A stretch of 32,308 nt of DNA, from the NCBI GenBank assembly GCA_031416315.1, contig JANOTL010000194.1:1-32308 (forward strand). Reading direction: 5' to 3'. This DNA is from Pseudomonadota bacterium (GTDB lineage Bacteria; Bdellovibrionota_B; Oligoflexia; Oligoflexales; CAIYRB01). Shown piece after piece: positions 8,284 through 16,790 of this stretch; position 1 is the first letter of the stretch; the number at the start of each line of letters is the position of its first letter. A model generated the notes under the pieces. The model was not told the origin of the DNA. It worked only from the letters and a program-made list of their open reading frames with translations, and did not search any database. Made by a program: the position numbers and the translations under genes.

Positions 8284-10398
8284 ATGACTACGAGTTTCGC
8301 GAAAACCGACGGGAGAGTGCTTATCGTCGAGCCGATCGGCTCGGTGCGCGACGCGATCCGCCAGGCGCTCGTGGCCATGGGATTCACGCGCATCGACGCC
8401 GTCAACAACATGACGCAGGCGCTGCGCTTCCTCGAAGTCGAGGCCGAGCTGCCGTTCTGGATCGTCACGACGCCGATGCTTGCTGGCGCGGTCAACCTCT
8501 TGCAACTTCTGATGGTGCTCGGTGCGCACGACGAGTTCAAGCACGTGCGTGTCAGCGTCTTTTACCGCGACGCCGACACGTCCTGCCTGCCGAAAGCGTT
8601 CGAGCTCGGCGTGCTTTCGACGCACCGTCTCGAGGTAATGAACCCCACCGTCGTCGCTGACACGCTAAAAGCCCTCGTCATGCGTATGACCGCGAACGGC
8701 GACGACAGCTGCATCGTCGCCGCTAGCTACCTGCGCGAGGTGCTCCTCGCGACCAAGCACTTCGACCTCCTGCTCCCGCTCGAGACGGCGATGTTGCGTC
8801 TCTATCCGCGGGCGTCGGAGCGTCTCCTCAAAATGGCGGAAGCTTACTTCCACCTCGGTCGCAACGGTGAAGCGAACGCGATGCTGGCGCAAGCGCGGTA
8901 TCTGAGCCCGACGCTCGCGGCAGAGGCCGACGCGCTGTGCCGCCGGTTCATGGGCGGCGAGGCGACCGTCCCGAACCGCATCGCTGACGTCTTTCGGCTC
9001 AAGTCGTGCCTCATCATCGATCCCGACGCCGCGGCTCATAAGACGCTCGAGGAGACCTTCGCTTCGGTCGGCGTCGCGACCGTCCAGTCGTTCACCGACC
9101 CGCAGGACGCGCTGGCTTGGATCAAGAAGCGCGGTGAGCCGAGCGTCATCGTGATGGAGTGGAAGTTGTCCGGAATGCCGGGGGCCGCGTTCTTACAGCG
9201 GATCCGCGCCTACGGTCATCACAACGCCATGGTCATCGTGACGAGCTCCCTCGTTAAGGCCCTCCACAAGAACCTCCTGACTGAGCTCGGGGTCGCTTGC
9301 GTCATCGAGAAGCCGGTCGTGCGCGAGACCCTGTTAAAGACCTTGATCACGACGCTTCGTAGCGGCTACCTTTTGAATCAATACCGTGTGACGGTCAGGA
9401 AGATCGAACAGCTCGTGACGCAAGGCAAGCTCCAGCCGGCGCGGCATCTCTTGAGCCAGCTCAGCGCCTCCAAGGACGAAGTCCCCGTGGAGATCATGGA
9501 CTTGCTCGAGGCGAAGCTTGCGTTCGCCGAGGAAGACTTCATCCGGGCGCGCGAAATCATCCAGCGGCTCCTGCAGGACGAGCCGGATAGCCTCGCCTAC
9601 CTCGACCTCCTCGGAAAGATCCTGCTCCGCCTGGGCGACAACGAGGCCGCGGTGATGTGCCTTCAACGCGCGAACTCGCTCGCGCCGGACAATCTCGAGC
9701 GGATGTGCGGTCTCGCCGACGCCTACACGGAGCTCGGCGAGTTCGACGTCGCTCAGGCGCAGATCAGCACCGTTCGAGGCATGGACGCGGCCTCCCCGGC
9801 GCTCTTGAGCTCCGAGGTGAAGCACGGCTTCGCGACGGGCGCGCTCGACCAGGCCAAGACCTCGCTCGAGTCGATGGAGATGGCACAGGGGGTCTTCGGC
9901 TTCATGAATAACCGCGCGGTGGCGTTCGCGCGGTCCGGCCGCTTCGATCGCGCCGTCGCTTTGTACACCGACATCCTCACCGTGCTGCCTGAGAAGCATA
10001 CCGAGATGCTCGCGGCCGTCCGCTACAATCTCGGCATCGTCCACATCCGCCGCGGCGATATGGAGACCGCCCTCACGATCCTTGGCAAGGCCGACGAACT
10101 TCCGGACGCGCGCGTAGGCACTAAGGTCGCTTCGCTCCTCGCTAAAGTGAAGCACGCGGTGGAGCTCGGGGTCGTCCTGAAGTTCGACGAAGCCGCCATC
10201 CGCGAAGTGCGATCCGGCCCGACCAAGCTCGCCAAAGCCGCGCCGGCGCGACCGGGCGAGTTTTGCTGCCTCGGGGTCTTCTTCGCCGGCCCCCTGTCTC
10301 CCGACCTGACGAAGCTGATCGCGACGCAGCCGCCCTTCAAGAAGCGCGATGCGATCTCGCGTGGCGCGACGACGGGGCGTAAGGCGAGCTACAGTTGA
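8284..10398 (+). CDS. Response-regulator-like protein: pseudo-receiver, TPR, second receiver (D to E), TPR array
   Basis: RVLIVEP...WIVTT (receiver 1) and CLIIDPD...IVMEWKLSGMPG...VIVTS...IEKP (receiver 2). TPR-like helices such as LDLLGKILLRLGDNEAAVMCLQRANSLAPDN and YNLGIVHIRRGDMETA. ATG 8284 is preferred because it avoids overlapping the upstream gene. Confidence 0.85.
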   Translation: MTTSFAKTDGRVLIVEPIGSVRDAIRQALVAMGFTRIDAVNNMTQALRFLEVEAELPFWIVTTPMLAGAVNLLQLLMVLGAHDEFKHVRVSVFYRDADTSCLPKAFELGVLSTHRLEVMNPTVVADTLKALVMRMTANGDDSCIVAASYLREVLLATKHFDLLLPLETAMLRLYPRASERLLKMAEAYFHLGRNGEANAMLAQARYLSPTLAAEADALCRRFMGGEATVPNRIADVFRLKSCLIIDPDAAAHKTLEETFASVGVATVQSFTDPQDALAWIKKRGEPSVIVMEWKLSGMPGAAFLQRIRAYGHHNAMVIVTSSLVKALHKNLLTELGVACVIEKPVVRETLLKTLITTLRSGYLLNQYRVTVRKIEQLVTQGKLQPARHLLSQLSASKDEVPVEIMDLLEAKLAFAEEDFIRAREIIQRLLQDEPDSLAYLDLLGKILLRLGDNEAAVMCLQRANSLAPDNLERMCGLADAYTELGEFDVAQAQISTVRGMDAASPALLSSEVKHGFATGALDQAKTSLESMEMAQGVFGFMNNRAVAFARSGRFDRAVALYTDILTVLPEKHTEMLAAVRYNLGIVHIRRGDMETALTILGKADELPDARVGTKVASLLAKVKHAVELGVVLKFDEAAIREVRSGPTKLAKAAPARPGEFCCLGVFFAGPLSPDLTKLIATQPPFKKRDAISRGATTGRKASYS

Positions 10399-10404
10399 TG
10401 CGCA

Positions 10405-11316
10405 TCAGCCCGCCCGCACCTGAGCCGTCAGCGAAAAGCCGATAAAGAATCGCTTTTTCGCTAAGACGAAGGGAACGAGCATCACCGGACCGGCCGCGGC
10501 GATCACGACCCGGTCCTTCGTGCCGACGTGGATCGTCGGCGAGCCCATCGCCACTTCATACCCGATGCGGCCGAGGAGAAGCTCGGCCTTCCCGAAGATC
10601 TGGTCCGCCAGCATCTCGAGCGTCGCAACGATGCCCTCTTGATCCGACTCGGCCTCGGACCGCGAAGTGCCGTTCACGCGTGCGGCGATGTCGACGATGA
10701 AGCTGTGCTCGCAGGTGAGGAGCGCCGTCCCGTGCCAGCGCGTGCCGGTGAAGTCGGCGACCGCCGTGGCGTAGCCTAGCGGCGTCTTCTTCGTCGCAAC
10801 GACGCCGGCCTTGCCGCCGGTGGGCTTCTCGCCCATGTAGTACTCGAGCACGTCGCTTGTGGTCGAGACGAAGCAGTTGACGATGTTGACGTCGTAGCTC
10901 GCGATCTTCGGGGCCGGCTTCGCGACCGGCGCGGGCGGCGGCGGGGCGACGAGCGCGGCGGCGAGAAGCGCCGGGTCCGACTCGTTCTGCGTGCGGATGA
11001 CGCCCGCCTTCTCGAAGCGCGCCGCCGCCAAGGCGTCGAGATAGAGGCGCGACAGATAGATAATGCACGTCGGCGGCAAGGCCTTACGGAGGGCAAGCAT
11101 CACCTGGAGGGCACGGGCCGCCTCGAGTTTCAGGTCGAGGTAGACCGCGTGAAACCTGCGGCTCTTGCGCATGGCCTCCTGGAGACCGACGGCCGAGTCG
11201 GCGACGGTGGCGCCGAAGCCGAGCCGCGTCAGCGCGGTCACCAGGCGATCGGTGCCGTCCGCCCGCTGCATGAAGAGCAGGACCTGGCCCTTGGACTCGG
11301 CGGCCGTTTCGCTCAT
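10405..11316 (-). CDS. Degenerate receiver domain fused to a CheX-like domain
   Basis: ATG 11316 overlaps the upstream stop (ATGA). N-terminal VLLF...FHAVYLDL...CIIYLS; Pro-rich linker; C-terminal YDVNIVNCFVSTTSDVL...AVADFTG...ATLEMLADQIFG...GSPTIHVG follows the CheX fold pattern. Confidence 0.75.
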   Translation of the reverse strand: MSETAAESKGQVLLFMQRADGTDRLVTALTRLGFGATVADSAVGLQEAMRKSRRFHAVYLDLKLEAARALQVMLALRKALPPTCIIYLSRLYLDALAAARFEKAGVIRTQNESDPALLAAALVAPPPPAPVAKPAPKIASYDVNIVNCFVSTTSDVLEYYMGEKPTGGKAGVVATKKTPLGYATAVADFTGTRWHGTALLTCEHSFIVDIAARVNGTSRSEAESDQEGIVATLEMLADQIFGKAELLLGRIGYEVAMGSPTIHVGTKDRVVIAAAGPVMLVPFVLAKKRFFIGFSLTAQVRAG

Positions 11317-11795
11317 GTCCGCCTTAGGAAGAGAAAGTATTTTTGGGCGACGCCGTCGAACTCGAGGTCGCTTTTGCAAGTCTCGCAGGTCAGGGCCGGC
11401 GGCTCGACCGGCTTCCCGGACGCGAAGTGCTGGCCGGCGGCGAGGAGCACGGCGACGGTGCGGTCGCACTTCTCGCAGAAATAGGGCGCGTAGAAGGAGA
11501 GGACGTCTACCGACTTCCCGCCGTTGAAGGTGGGGAAGAGGTTGAGCTGGTTCACGACCTTCAAGGCGACGCGCGTGTAGGTGATGCGCAGTCCCTGTGG
11601 CAGCGTCTGCATGAACTCGCGCCAGAGCTTGATGCCCTTGGAGTTGATGAGCGTGACCCCGTCGAAGTCGATGTCGAGGACGCGGACGCCCGCAAGGTCG
11701 AGATCGCCGTAGCGGGCGGTCTCGACCATACGGCCCTTCAATTTCAGCTCGAGGCTCTCCGCGTTTCGCGTCGTCTCGATGATCAGGTCGCTCAC
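11313..11795 (-). CDS. STAS-like (anti-sigma antagonist) domain plus C-terminal Zn ribbon
   Basis: GTG start with GAGGAG SD; LDIDFDGVTLINSKGIKLW (STAS phospho-Ser motif variant); PYFCEKC...CETC. Confidence 0.85.
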   Translation of the reverse strand: MSDLIIETTRNAESLELKLKGRMVETARYGDLDLAGVRVLDIDFDGVTLINSKGIKLWREFMQTLPQGLRITYTRVALKVVNQLNLFPTFNGGKSVDVLSFYAPYFCEKCDRTVAVLLAAGQHFASGKPVEPPALTCETCKSDLEFDGVAQKYFLFLRRT

Positions 11796-11799
11796 GGTC

Positions 11800-12294
11800 T
11801 CACTCCTCGCCGTCTGGGCGACTTTGGTGACGATTCAGGAAGAGGAACTGTTTTTCCGGCCAGCCGTCGAGCTCCATCTGTTTGCCGCATTCACACATCT
11901 CCGTCGGCAGTTTCACGGTCGCCGCGCCGGCGACGGTGTGGGCGAGGACCGTGCGATTCTTCTCGCAGCTCGGGCAGACGTAAGGCGTCTGGAACGACGC
12001 GACGACGAGCCGAGGATGCCCGAGGAAGGCCGGATAGAGGTTGAACTGCTTGACCATGGCGGTCGAGCAGTTCTCCAGGCGAACCTCGGCCGCCTTCGGG
12101 ATCGCTCGCAGAAAATGCATCCAGCGCATGACGCCCATCGAGTTGCAACGAACGACGCCGCCCATGTCGAGCGTCAGGGCCTCGCAGCCCTGGAGGTCGA
12201 CCTTATGGAGCTCGGCATACTCGTCCAAGGTCCCGGTGAGGACGATCGAGAATGTGGCGCCTTGGACTTGCGTTTGAATCGTCAGCGGCATCAT
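11800..12294 (-). CDS. STAS-like domain plus C-terminal Zn ribbon (paralogue of the downstream gene)
   Basis: LTLDMGGVVRCNSMGVMRW; PYVCPSC...CECG; ATGA overlap with the upstream gene. Confidence 0.85.
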   Translation of the reverse strand: MMPLTIQTQVQGATFSIVLTGTLDEYAELHKVDLQGCEALTLDMGGVVRCNSMGVMRWMHFLRAIPKAAEVRLENCSTAMVKQFNLYPAFLGHPRLVVASFQTPYVCPSCEKNRTVLAHTVAGAATVKLPTEMCECGKQMELDGWPEKQFLFLNRHQSRPDGEE

Positions 12295-13202
12295 CGTCTC
12301 CCGGCAAGCGGCTCGAACGCACAGTGGATCACTTTACCTGCGGTTACGAATTCGGCGAAGCGTCGCGTCAGCTGCGTCACCACCACGACGTGGGTCGAGA
12401 CGCCCGGTCGCACGACGAAATGCAGGCGGCTCGAGTAGCGGAGCAAGAGGTATAGCCCGATGCCGGCGCCCCCCGAGCCTTCCCGGATCTGGTCCTCGCC
12501 GCGGCGATGACACCGCTCTAGCGACTCGACGATGCGCTCGCGTCGCAGGCTCCCATAAGGGTCGGAGATCGCCAGCGCGAATCGCTTTCCGTCGTGGCCG
12601 TACTCGAGGTGCACCGGGCCGGGCGCGACGCCTCCAGCGGCAGCTGGTGCGTCGATCATCGCGTTCATCAGCATCTCCCAGGCGATGGAGACGATGATCT
12701 CGGGAAAATCGGGGAAGCTCGGCGGCGCGCCTGCGAACGCCAGGAGCCGCTGGAAGAATACCTCTTTCTCGTCGTAGCTCGGGACCGTCTCGGCCTCGAT
12801 GGTCGCGTTCGGGGCTAAGTGGCTGGCGACGCTCTCGATGTTCGGCGAGAGGAGCGCCAAGACCAGGGATGCGAGCTCGGAGTGCTTGGAGCGCGACGGG
12901 TTGACGCTGATGCAAGGCAGGAAGGCGCTGGCGCGCAAGGCGCCGATCAAAGCGTCGTCGTCCTCGGCCAAGCAGACGGACTTTAGGCCTAAGGCCAGCC
13001 GGCGGGTGAACGCTGGGACGGCCTGATCGGCGAGCGCCTCGCGCGGGAAAACCAAGAGCTGCACCGCGCCTTCCGGCTCGCGGTCGAATGCGCTCCAGTC
13101 CGCAAAGCGACGCGTCGCCGTCCCCGCGGCTCGCAGTGCCTCGAGGGCAGCGTCCATGGAGTCATCCAGGCAGATGATGCCGACCGTTGCGGGCTGGGTC
13201 AT
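12291..13202 (-). CDS. RsbW/SpoIIAB-like HATPase_c (GHKL) protein with a degenerate receiver-like N-terminus
   Basis: N-box WEMLMNAMIDA, G1-like ISDPYGS and G2 GGAGIGLYLL; no H-box. Translationally coupled to the STAS genes. The start is uncertain (13202; no clear SD). Confidence 0.8.
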   Translation of the reverse strand: MTQPATVGIICLDDSMDAALEALRAAGTATRRFADWSAFDREPEGAVQLLVFPREALADQAVPAFTRRLALGLKSVCLAEDDDALIGALRASAFLPCISVNPSRSKHSELASLVLALLSPNIESVASHLAPNATIEAETVPSYDEKEVFFQRLLAFAGAPPSFPDFPEIIVSIAWEMLMNAMIDAPAAAGGVAPGPVHLEYGHDGKRFALAISDPYGSLRRERIVESLERCHRRGEDQIREGSGGAGIGLYLLLRYSSRLHFVVRPGVSTHVVVVTQLTRRFAEFVTAGKVIHCAFEPLAGRR

Positions 13203-13286
13203 GGGAAGTGAAGGCTCGGTGGGAAGCGAAGGGGTTTGTCTAGATGATCGCGCATTCGCGCCTCGAAGACAAGGAAGGCGGCCGGG

Positions 13287-13315
13287 TTGACGGCCTGTGG
13301 ACCGCGCCGGACAAT
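13287..13315 (+). promoter_or_regulatory. Sigma70-like promoter TTGACG-N17-GACAAT, predicted +1 at the ATG (13322)
   Basis: -35 at 13287-13292, -10 at 13310-13315, ATG 6 nt further on, no SD. Confidence 0.55.
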
Positions 13316-13321
13316 GGACGG

Positions 13322-15235
13322 ATGCAGAACGAGACGGTCCTCCCAAGAAGTCGCATGATTTCGATTCGAATCAAGCTGTTCGCGGTCGTCGTGGGCACCT
13401 TGGTCGCGACGATCCTCATCTATCTCGTTCTCGCCGTGCGCCTGTTCGAGGACGACAAGCAGGCTTTCGTCTTCGACGCGAGCGCGTCCCTCGTCGAGGC
13501 GGTGGCGACCGAGACCGAAGGCATGGTCGGGGGCGTGATCGGGACGCTTCGGCTCGCGGCCGCCTTGGTCGCGGACGCGGCGGCCGAGGACCGCGGCCGG
13601 GCGCGCCTCGCCGACGAGCTCTTCGACGGCAACTCCGATCTCGTCGCGCTCTCCGTCGCCACAACGGCCGGAGAGCCGATCCTCATCCGGGAGCGGCGGG
13701 AGTTCCTGGAGCTCTTCCACTTGGACGGCGCGGATCTGCAGGCCTTGAGCCGTGCCTTCATCGACCGCCGGGCCGAGCTGAAGCCGGACGAGGTCGTCGT
13801 GCGCGGTGGCGTCCTGCCCGGCGGCGTGCCGGTTCTCTCCATTGGCGCGCTCCTCAGCCGCACCGACGGCCCCCCGCGGGTCGTCGTCGGCCACGCTCGC
13901 CAGGACCGGCTTTTACGCATCTTCGGCCGCTCCTCGCAGGCCTCCATGTTTCTCGTCGACGCCCGCGGCGACACGCTCGTTCACCCTGACTCGAAGCTGA
14001 TCGGCGTGAACCAAGGGGTTTCGGACCCCGCGTTCGCCGAGCACGTGCTCGCCAGCCAGTTCCGGACGGGCACGAAAGAGCTGGTCGGGGAGGGAGGTGA
14101 GCGCTGGCTCACGGCCTTCTCGAAGATCGGCACGGCAGGCGGCCTCGTCGTCGTCGCGCGGACGTCGCGGGAGAAGGCTTTCGAGGCCTCCCGCCGCCTC
14201 GTCTCCAAGTCCGTCCTCTTCGCCATCGCGCTCGTGCTCTCCTCCATTTTAGTGAGCTTCCTGTTCACACGCACTCTGACTCGCCCGATCAACCGGCTTT
14301 TCGAGGCCACGAAAGCGCTCGCTCTCGGTGACTTCACGGTCCGCGTCGAGCGCACGACGAGCGACGAGATCGGGGTCCTCGCCACCTCCTTCAACAGCAT
14401 GGCCGGGCGCATCGTCCATCTGATGGGCGAGGTGCGCGACAAAGCGCGGATGGAGGCGGAGCTCGAGACCGCCCGGCTCGTTCAGGAAAACTTGTTCCCC
14501 AAGGACCGCGCCGAAAGTGACGCCTACGAGCTAGCTGGCTTCTACAAGCCGGCGTCAGAGTGCGGCGGCGACTGGTGGGGCTATTTCACGAACGAGGAGC
14601 GCCTCTACGTCTTGATCGGCGACGCGACCGGTCACGGCATCCCAGCGGCGCTGATCACCGCCGCGGCGCAGAGCTGTGCCACGACGCTTCAGGAGTTCAA
14701 GCGCTCGCAACCGGACTCCCCGATGACGCCTGCTAGCATCATGAGCTACCTGAATCGCGCGATTTTTTATGCCGCGAACCGCAGCATGAACATGACGTTC
14801 CTCGTTGCCATGCTCGACCTGAAGACCGGCGAGCTCACGTACTGCAACGCCTCGCACGAAATGCCGACCGTCGTCTCGCTGGAGGCGGACGGAACGGCGT
14901 CGATCGAGGCCCTGGTCGGCGAGCCCGACCGCTGCCTCGGCGACTCGCTCGAGCTTCCCTTTCAAGAGCACCAGGTCCAGCTGCGCCCCGGTGACACGAT
15001 CGTCTGGTACACGGACGGCCTGACGGAGTCGCAGAATGAGGCCGACGTCGAGTGGGGCGAGCGTCGCTTCTTCAAGGTGATGAAGGCGAACGCGGCGAAG
15101 AAGGCGAGCGAGATCTGCGAGACGCTGACGGCGGAGAGCACGGCCTTCCGCGGCAAGAAGCCGGCCGACGACGACATTACCTACATCGTTGTGCGGTGGC
15201 ACGGTGATGGGTCTGCCGCTGGGAGCAGCGTCTAA
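13322..15235 (+). CDS. Membrane sensor PP2C/SpoIIE (RsbU-like) Ser phosphatase: TM, Cache-like periplasmic domain, TM, HAMP, SpoIIE
   Basis: Two TM segments; HAMP LTRPINRLFEATKALALGDF...DEIGVLATSFNSM; PP2C motifs GGDWW, IGDATGHG, CNASH, YTDGLTE and DDITY all intact. Alternative start at 13355. Confidence 0.93.
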   Translation: MQNETVLPRSRMISIRIKLFAVVVGTLVATILIYLVLAVRLFEDDKQAFVFDASASLVEAVATETEGMVGGVIGTLRLAAALVADAAAEDRGRARLADELFDGNSDLVALSVATTAGEPILIRERREFLELFHLDGADLQALSRAFIDRRAELKPDEVVVRGGVLPGGVPVLSIGALLSRTDGPPRVVVGHARQDRLLRIFGRSSQASMFLVDARGDTLVHPDSKLIGVNQGVSDPAFAEHVLASQFRTGTKELVGEGGERWLTAFSKIGTAGGLVVVARTSREKAFEASRRLVSKSVLFAIALVLSSILVSFLFTRTLTRPINRLFEATKALALGDFTVRVERTTSDEIGVLATSFNSMAGRIVHLMGEVRDKARMEAELETARLVQENLFPKDRAESDAYELAGFYKPASECGGDWWGYFTNEERLYVLIGDATGHGIPAALITAAAQSCATTLQEFKRSQPDSPMTPASIMSYLNRAIFYAANRSMNMTFLVAMLDLKTGELTYCNASHEMPTVVSLEADGTASIEALVGEPDRCLGDSLELPFQEHQVQLRPGDTIVWYTDGLTESQNEADVEWGERRFFKVMKANAAKKASEICETLTAESTAFRGKKPADDDITYIVVRWHGDGSAAGSSV

Positions 15236-15256
15236 TCGGCACCGCTCTGACGAAAC

Positions 15257-15455
15257 CATGCGTCGCGCTCGCGCCCGGGTCGATAAGAGTGTGTCCGGTA
15301 ATACTGGACGCGCCGTGAGGCGCACCGTCGACGTTTTCCTCGCCATACGCATGTGCCTATCGCTTGTGCATGCGCCTGCGCCTGCGCCCCGCCCTGTGGC
15401 TAGCCCGTTTTCCCTCACGTCTGCTTCATCGTCCGCGGCGCTGGATGAACAGCAG
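15257..15455. other. Structured intergenic segment between convergent genes (several stem-loops)
   Basis: CATGCGT/ACGCATG (15257/15347), GTCGA/TCGAC (15279/15328), GTCCGGT-AAT-ACTGGAC, GCGCC-GTGA-GGCGC, and CTGCTTCATC...GATGAACAGCAG. Confidence 0.35.
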
Positions 15456-15476
15456 GTTCGACCGATCCGCCCAGCC

Positions 15477-16790
15477 TCACAGCATCAGGCTGACGCCGAA
15501 GCCGATCTCACTCCCCGTGCTCGAGCGATGCTTGAGGAGCTTCGCCCAGTCGTCGGCATACGCCTCAGCGTCAACGAGCCGCATCCCCTCCGCGAGCGGT
15601 AGCTGACCGACGAGCCTGAGCGAGACGCCGAGCGTCTCACCCTGATAAGCGAGCGCGCCGGCGACCCGGGCGGAAACCACTAGGAGCGTGGACTCGACCG
15701 CGCGCTCGAAACTGCCGCTGCTGATGCCGGCGCGCTGTTCCCGATAGCTCTCCTTGACCTCGACGATCGAGTAGTCGAAGTCGAGGCCCAGACCGACGTC
15801 GGCGCGCAGGCCTTTCGCGCCGAGAGGGGCAGCCTGCGCGACGAGTTCCATCCACGCGCCCGCTGCCTTGGCCGTCACCTCGCTCACGACCTCGTGCCCA
15901 GCTTCGCTCGGCGCGAACGCGGCCGTCCCCTTGAAAGGCGGCATCACGGCGTAGCGACCGCCGAAGGCGAGCCCCAGATCGGGGAGCCACGGCACGACTC
16001 GAGTCTCGACGCCGATGCCGCGTCGGGACGCGGACGCGCGCTCCGCGATGCTGTGCGCGTCGAGCTCGCCCGCCCGCGGCGCGCGGTAGACCACGCCGTT
16101 GTACGTTGCCGGCCCGGAAGGGGCGAAGAACGCCGTGACGGCGACGAGGGGTCGAAGCGCTTCGCCCGCCTTCGCGACGGATCTCGGCTTCGACTTCGGC
16201 TTCGACTTCGGCTCCGGCTCCGGCGTCGTCGCGCGCGTATTTGGCCTCTTGGACCGATGCTCAGTGCGCAACGCGGCCTCCGCATTGTCATCGATCATCG
16301 AGAGGACGACGACGCGCTCCGCCGCGCGTTCCTCGGGCGTGCGACCGACGGCGAAGAAGCTCCCGTACGACTCGATGACGAGGCGCGTCTTGGGCGAGAG
16401 CGAGTCGCGAAGCGCCCGCGACACGGCCTCCGCGCGGCGCGTGGTCACGGCGAGCGCCGCGTCGGGGCCGCGCCCCGCATCAGTAAAAGACTCGATGAGC
16501 AAGGTGCCTTCGAAGTCGACGAGTCGTTCTTGGACCGCAGCCAAAATTTCGCGCGTTTTCTCGTTCATTTCGGCCGCATCGTCCGGAAACGCGATCCGAA
16601 AGCTCGGCAGATCGGGGATGAGCGCGCGGACGCGGCGGTGAAACGGCGACGTCGATCCCGGCATGAGGTCTGCCGACGGCTCCGACGCCGCGACGGTCGG
16701 CGCCGCCATGCTCGCGCACAGAAGCGTGGCGGTCAGACAGAGAGCCTTGCACAAAGACGTTGCCATAGGCCGAAGCGGGTAAGTGCTCAT
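15477..16790 (-). CDS. Exported protein with an N-terminal OmpA-like peptidoglycan-binding domain and a C-terminal predicted outer-membrane beta-barrel
   Basis: Signal peptide (LCLTATLLCASMAAPTVAA); IAFPDD...LLIESFTD...RRAEAVSRAL...SYG...ERVVVL; PEPEPKSKPKSKP linker; alternating amphipathic strands ending IGFGVSLML. Start 16790 or 16766. Confidence 0.75.
   Translation of the reverse strand: MSTYPLRPMATSLCKALCLTATLLCASMAAPTVAASEPSADLMPGSTSPFHRRVRALIPDLPSFRIAFPDDAAEMNEKTREILAAVQERLVDFEGTLLIESFTDAGRGPDAALAVTTRRAEAVSRALRDSLSPKTRLVIESYGSFFAVGRTPEERAAERVVVLSMIDDNAEAALRTEHRSKRPNTRATTPEPEPKSKPKSKPRSVAKAGEALRPLVAVTAFFAPSGPATYNGVVYRAPRAGELDAHSIAERASASRRGIGVETRVVPWLPDLGLAFGGRYAVMPPFKGTAAFAPSEAGHEVVSEVTAKAAGAWMELVAQAAPLGAKGLRADVGLGLDFDYSIVEVKESYREQRAGISSGSFERAVESTLLVVSARVAGALAYQGETLGVSLRLVGQLPLAEGMRLVDAEAYADDWAKLLKHRSSTGSEIGFGVSLML

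Noticed and set aside
10396..10407. Perfect 12-bp palindrome TGATGCGCATCA joining two convergent stop codons
   Set aside because: Six of the twelve bases are forced by the two TGA stops; the remaining TGCGCA is easily chance.
15236..15300. CTGACGAAAC (hammerhead-like) and minus-strand CTCTTATCGA...GGTGCC (SAM-I-like) words
   Set aside because: There is no stem II between CTGANGA and GAAA; the SAM-I core elements (AGAG, GAGGGA, GCAACC) are absent; and the site is not in a 5' leader.
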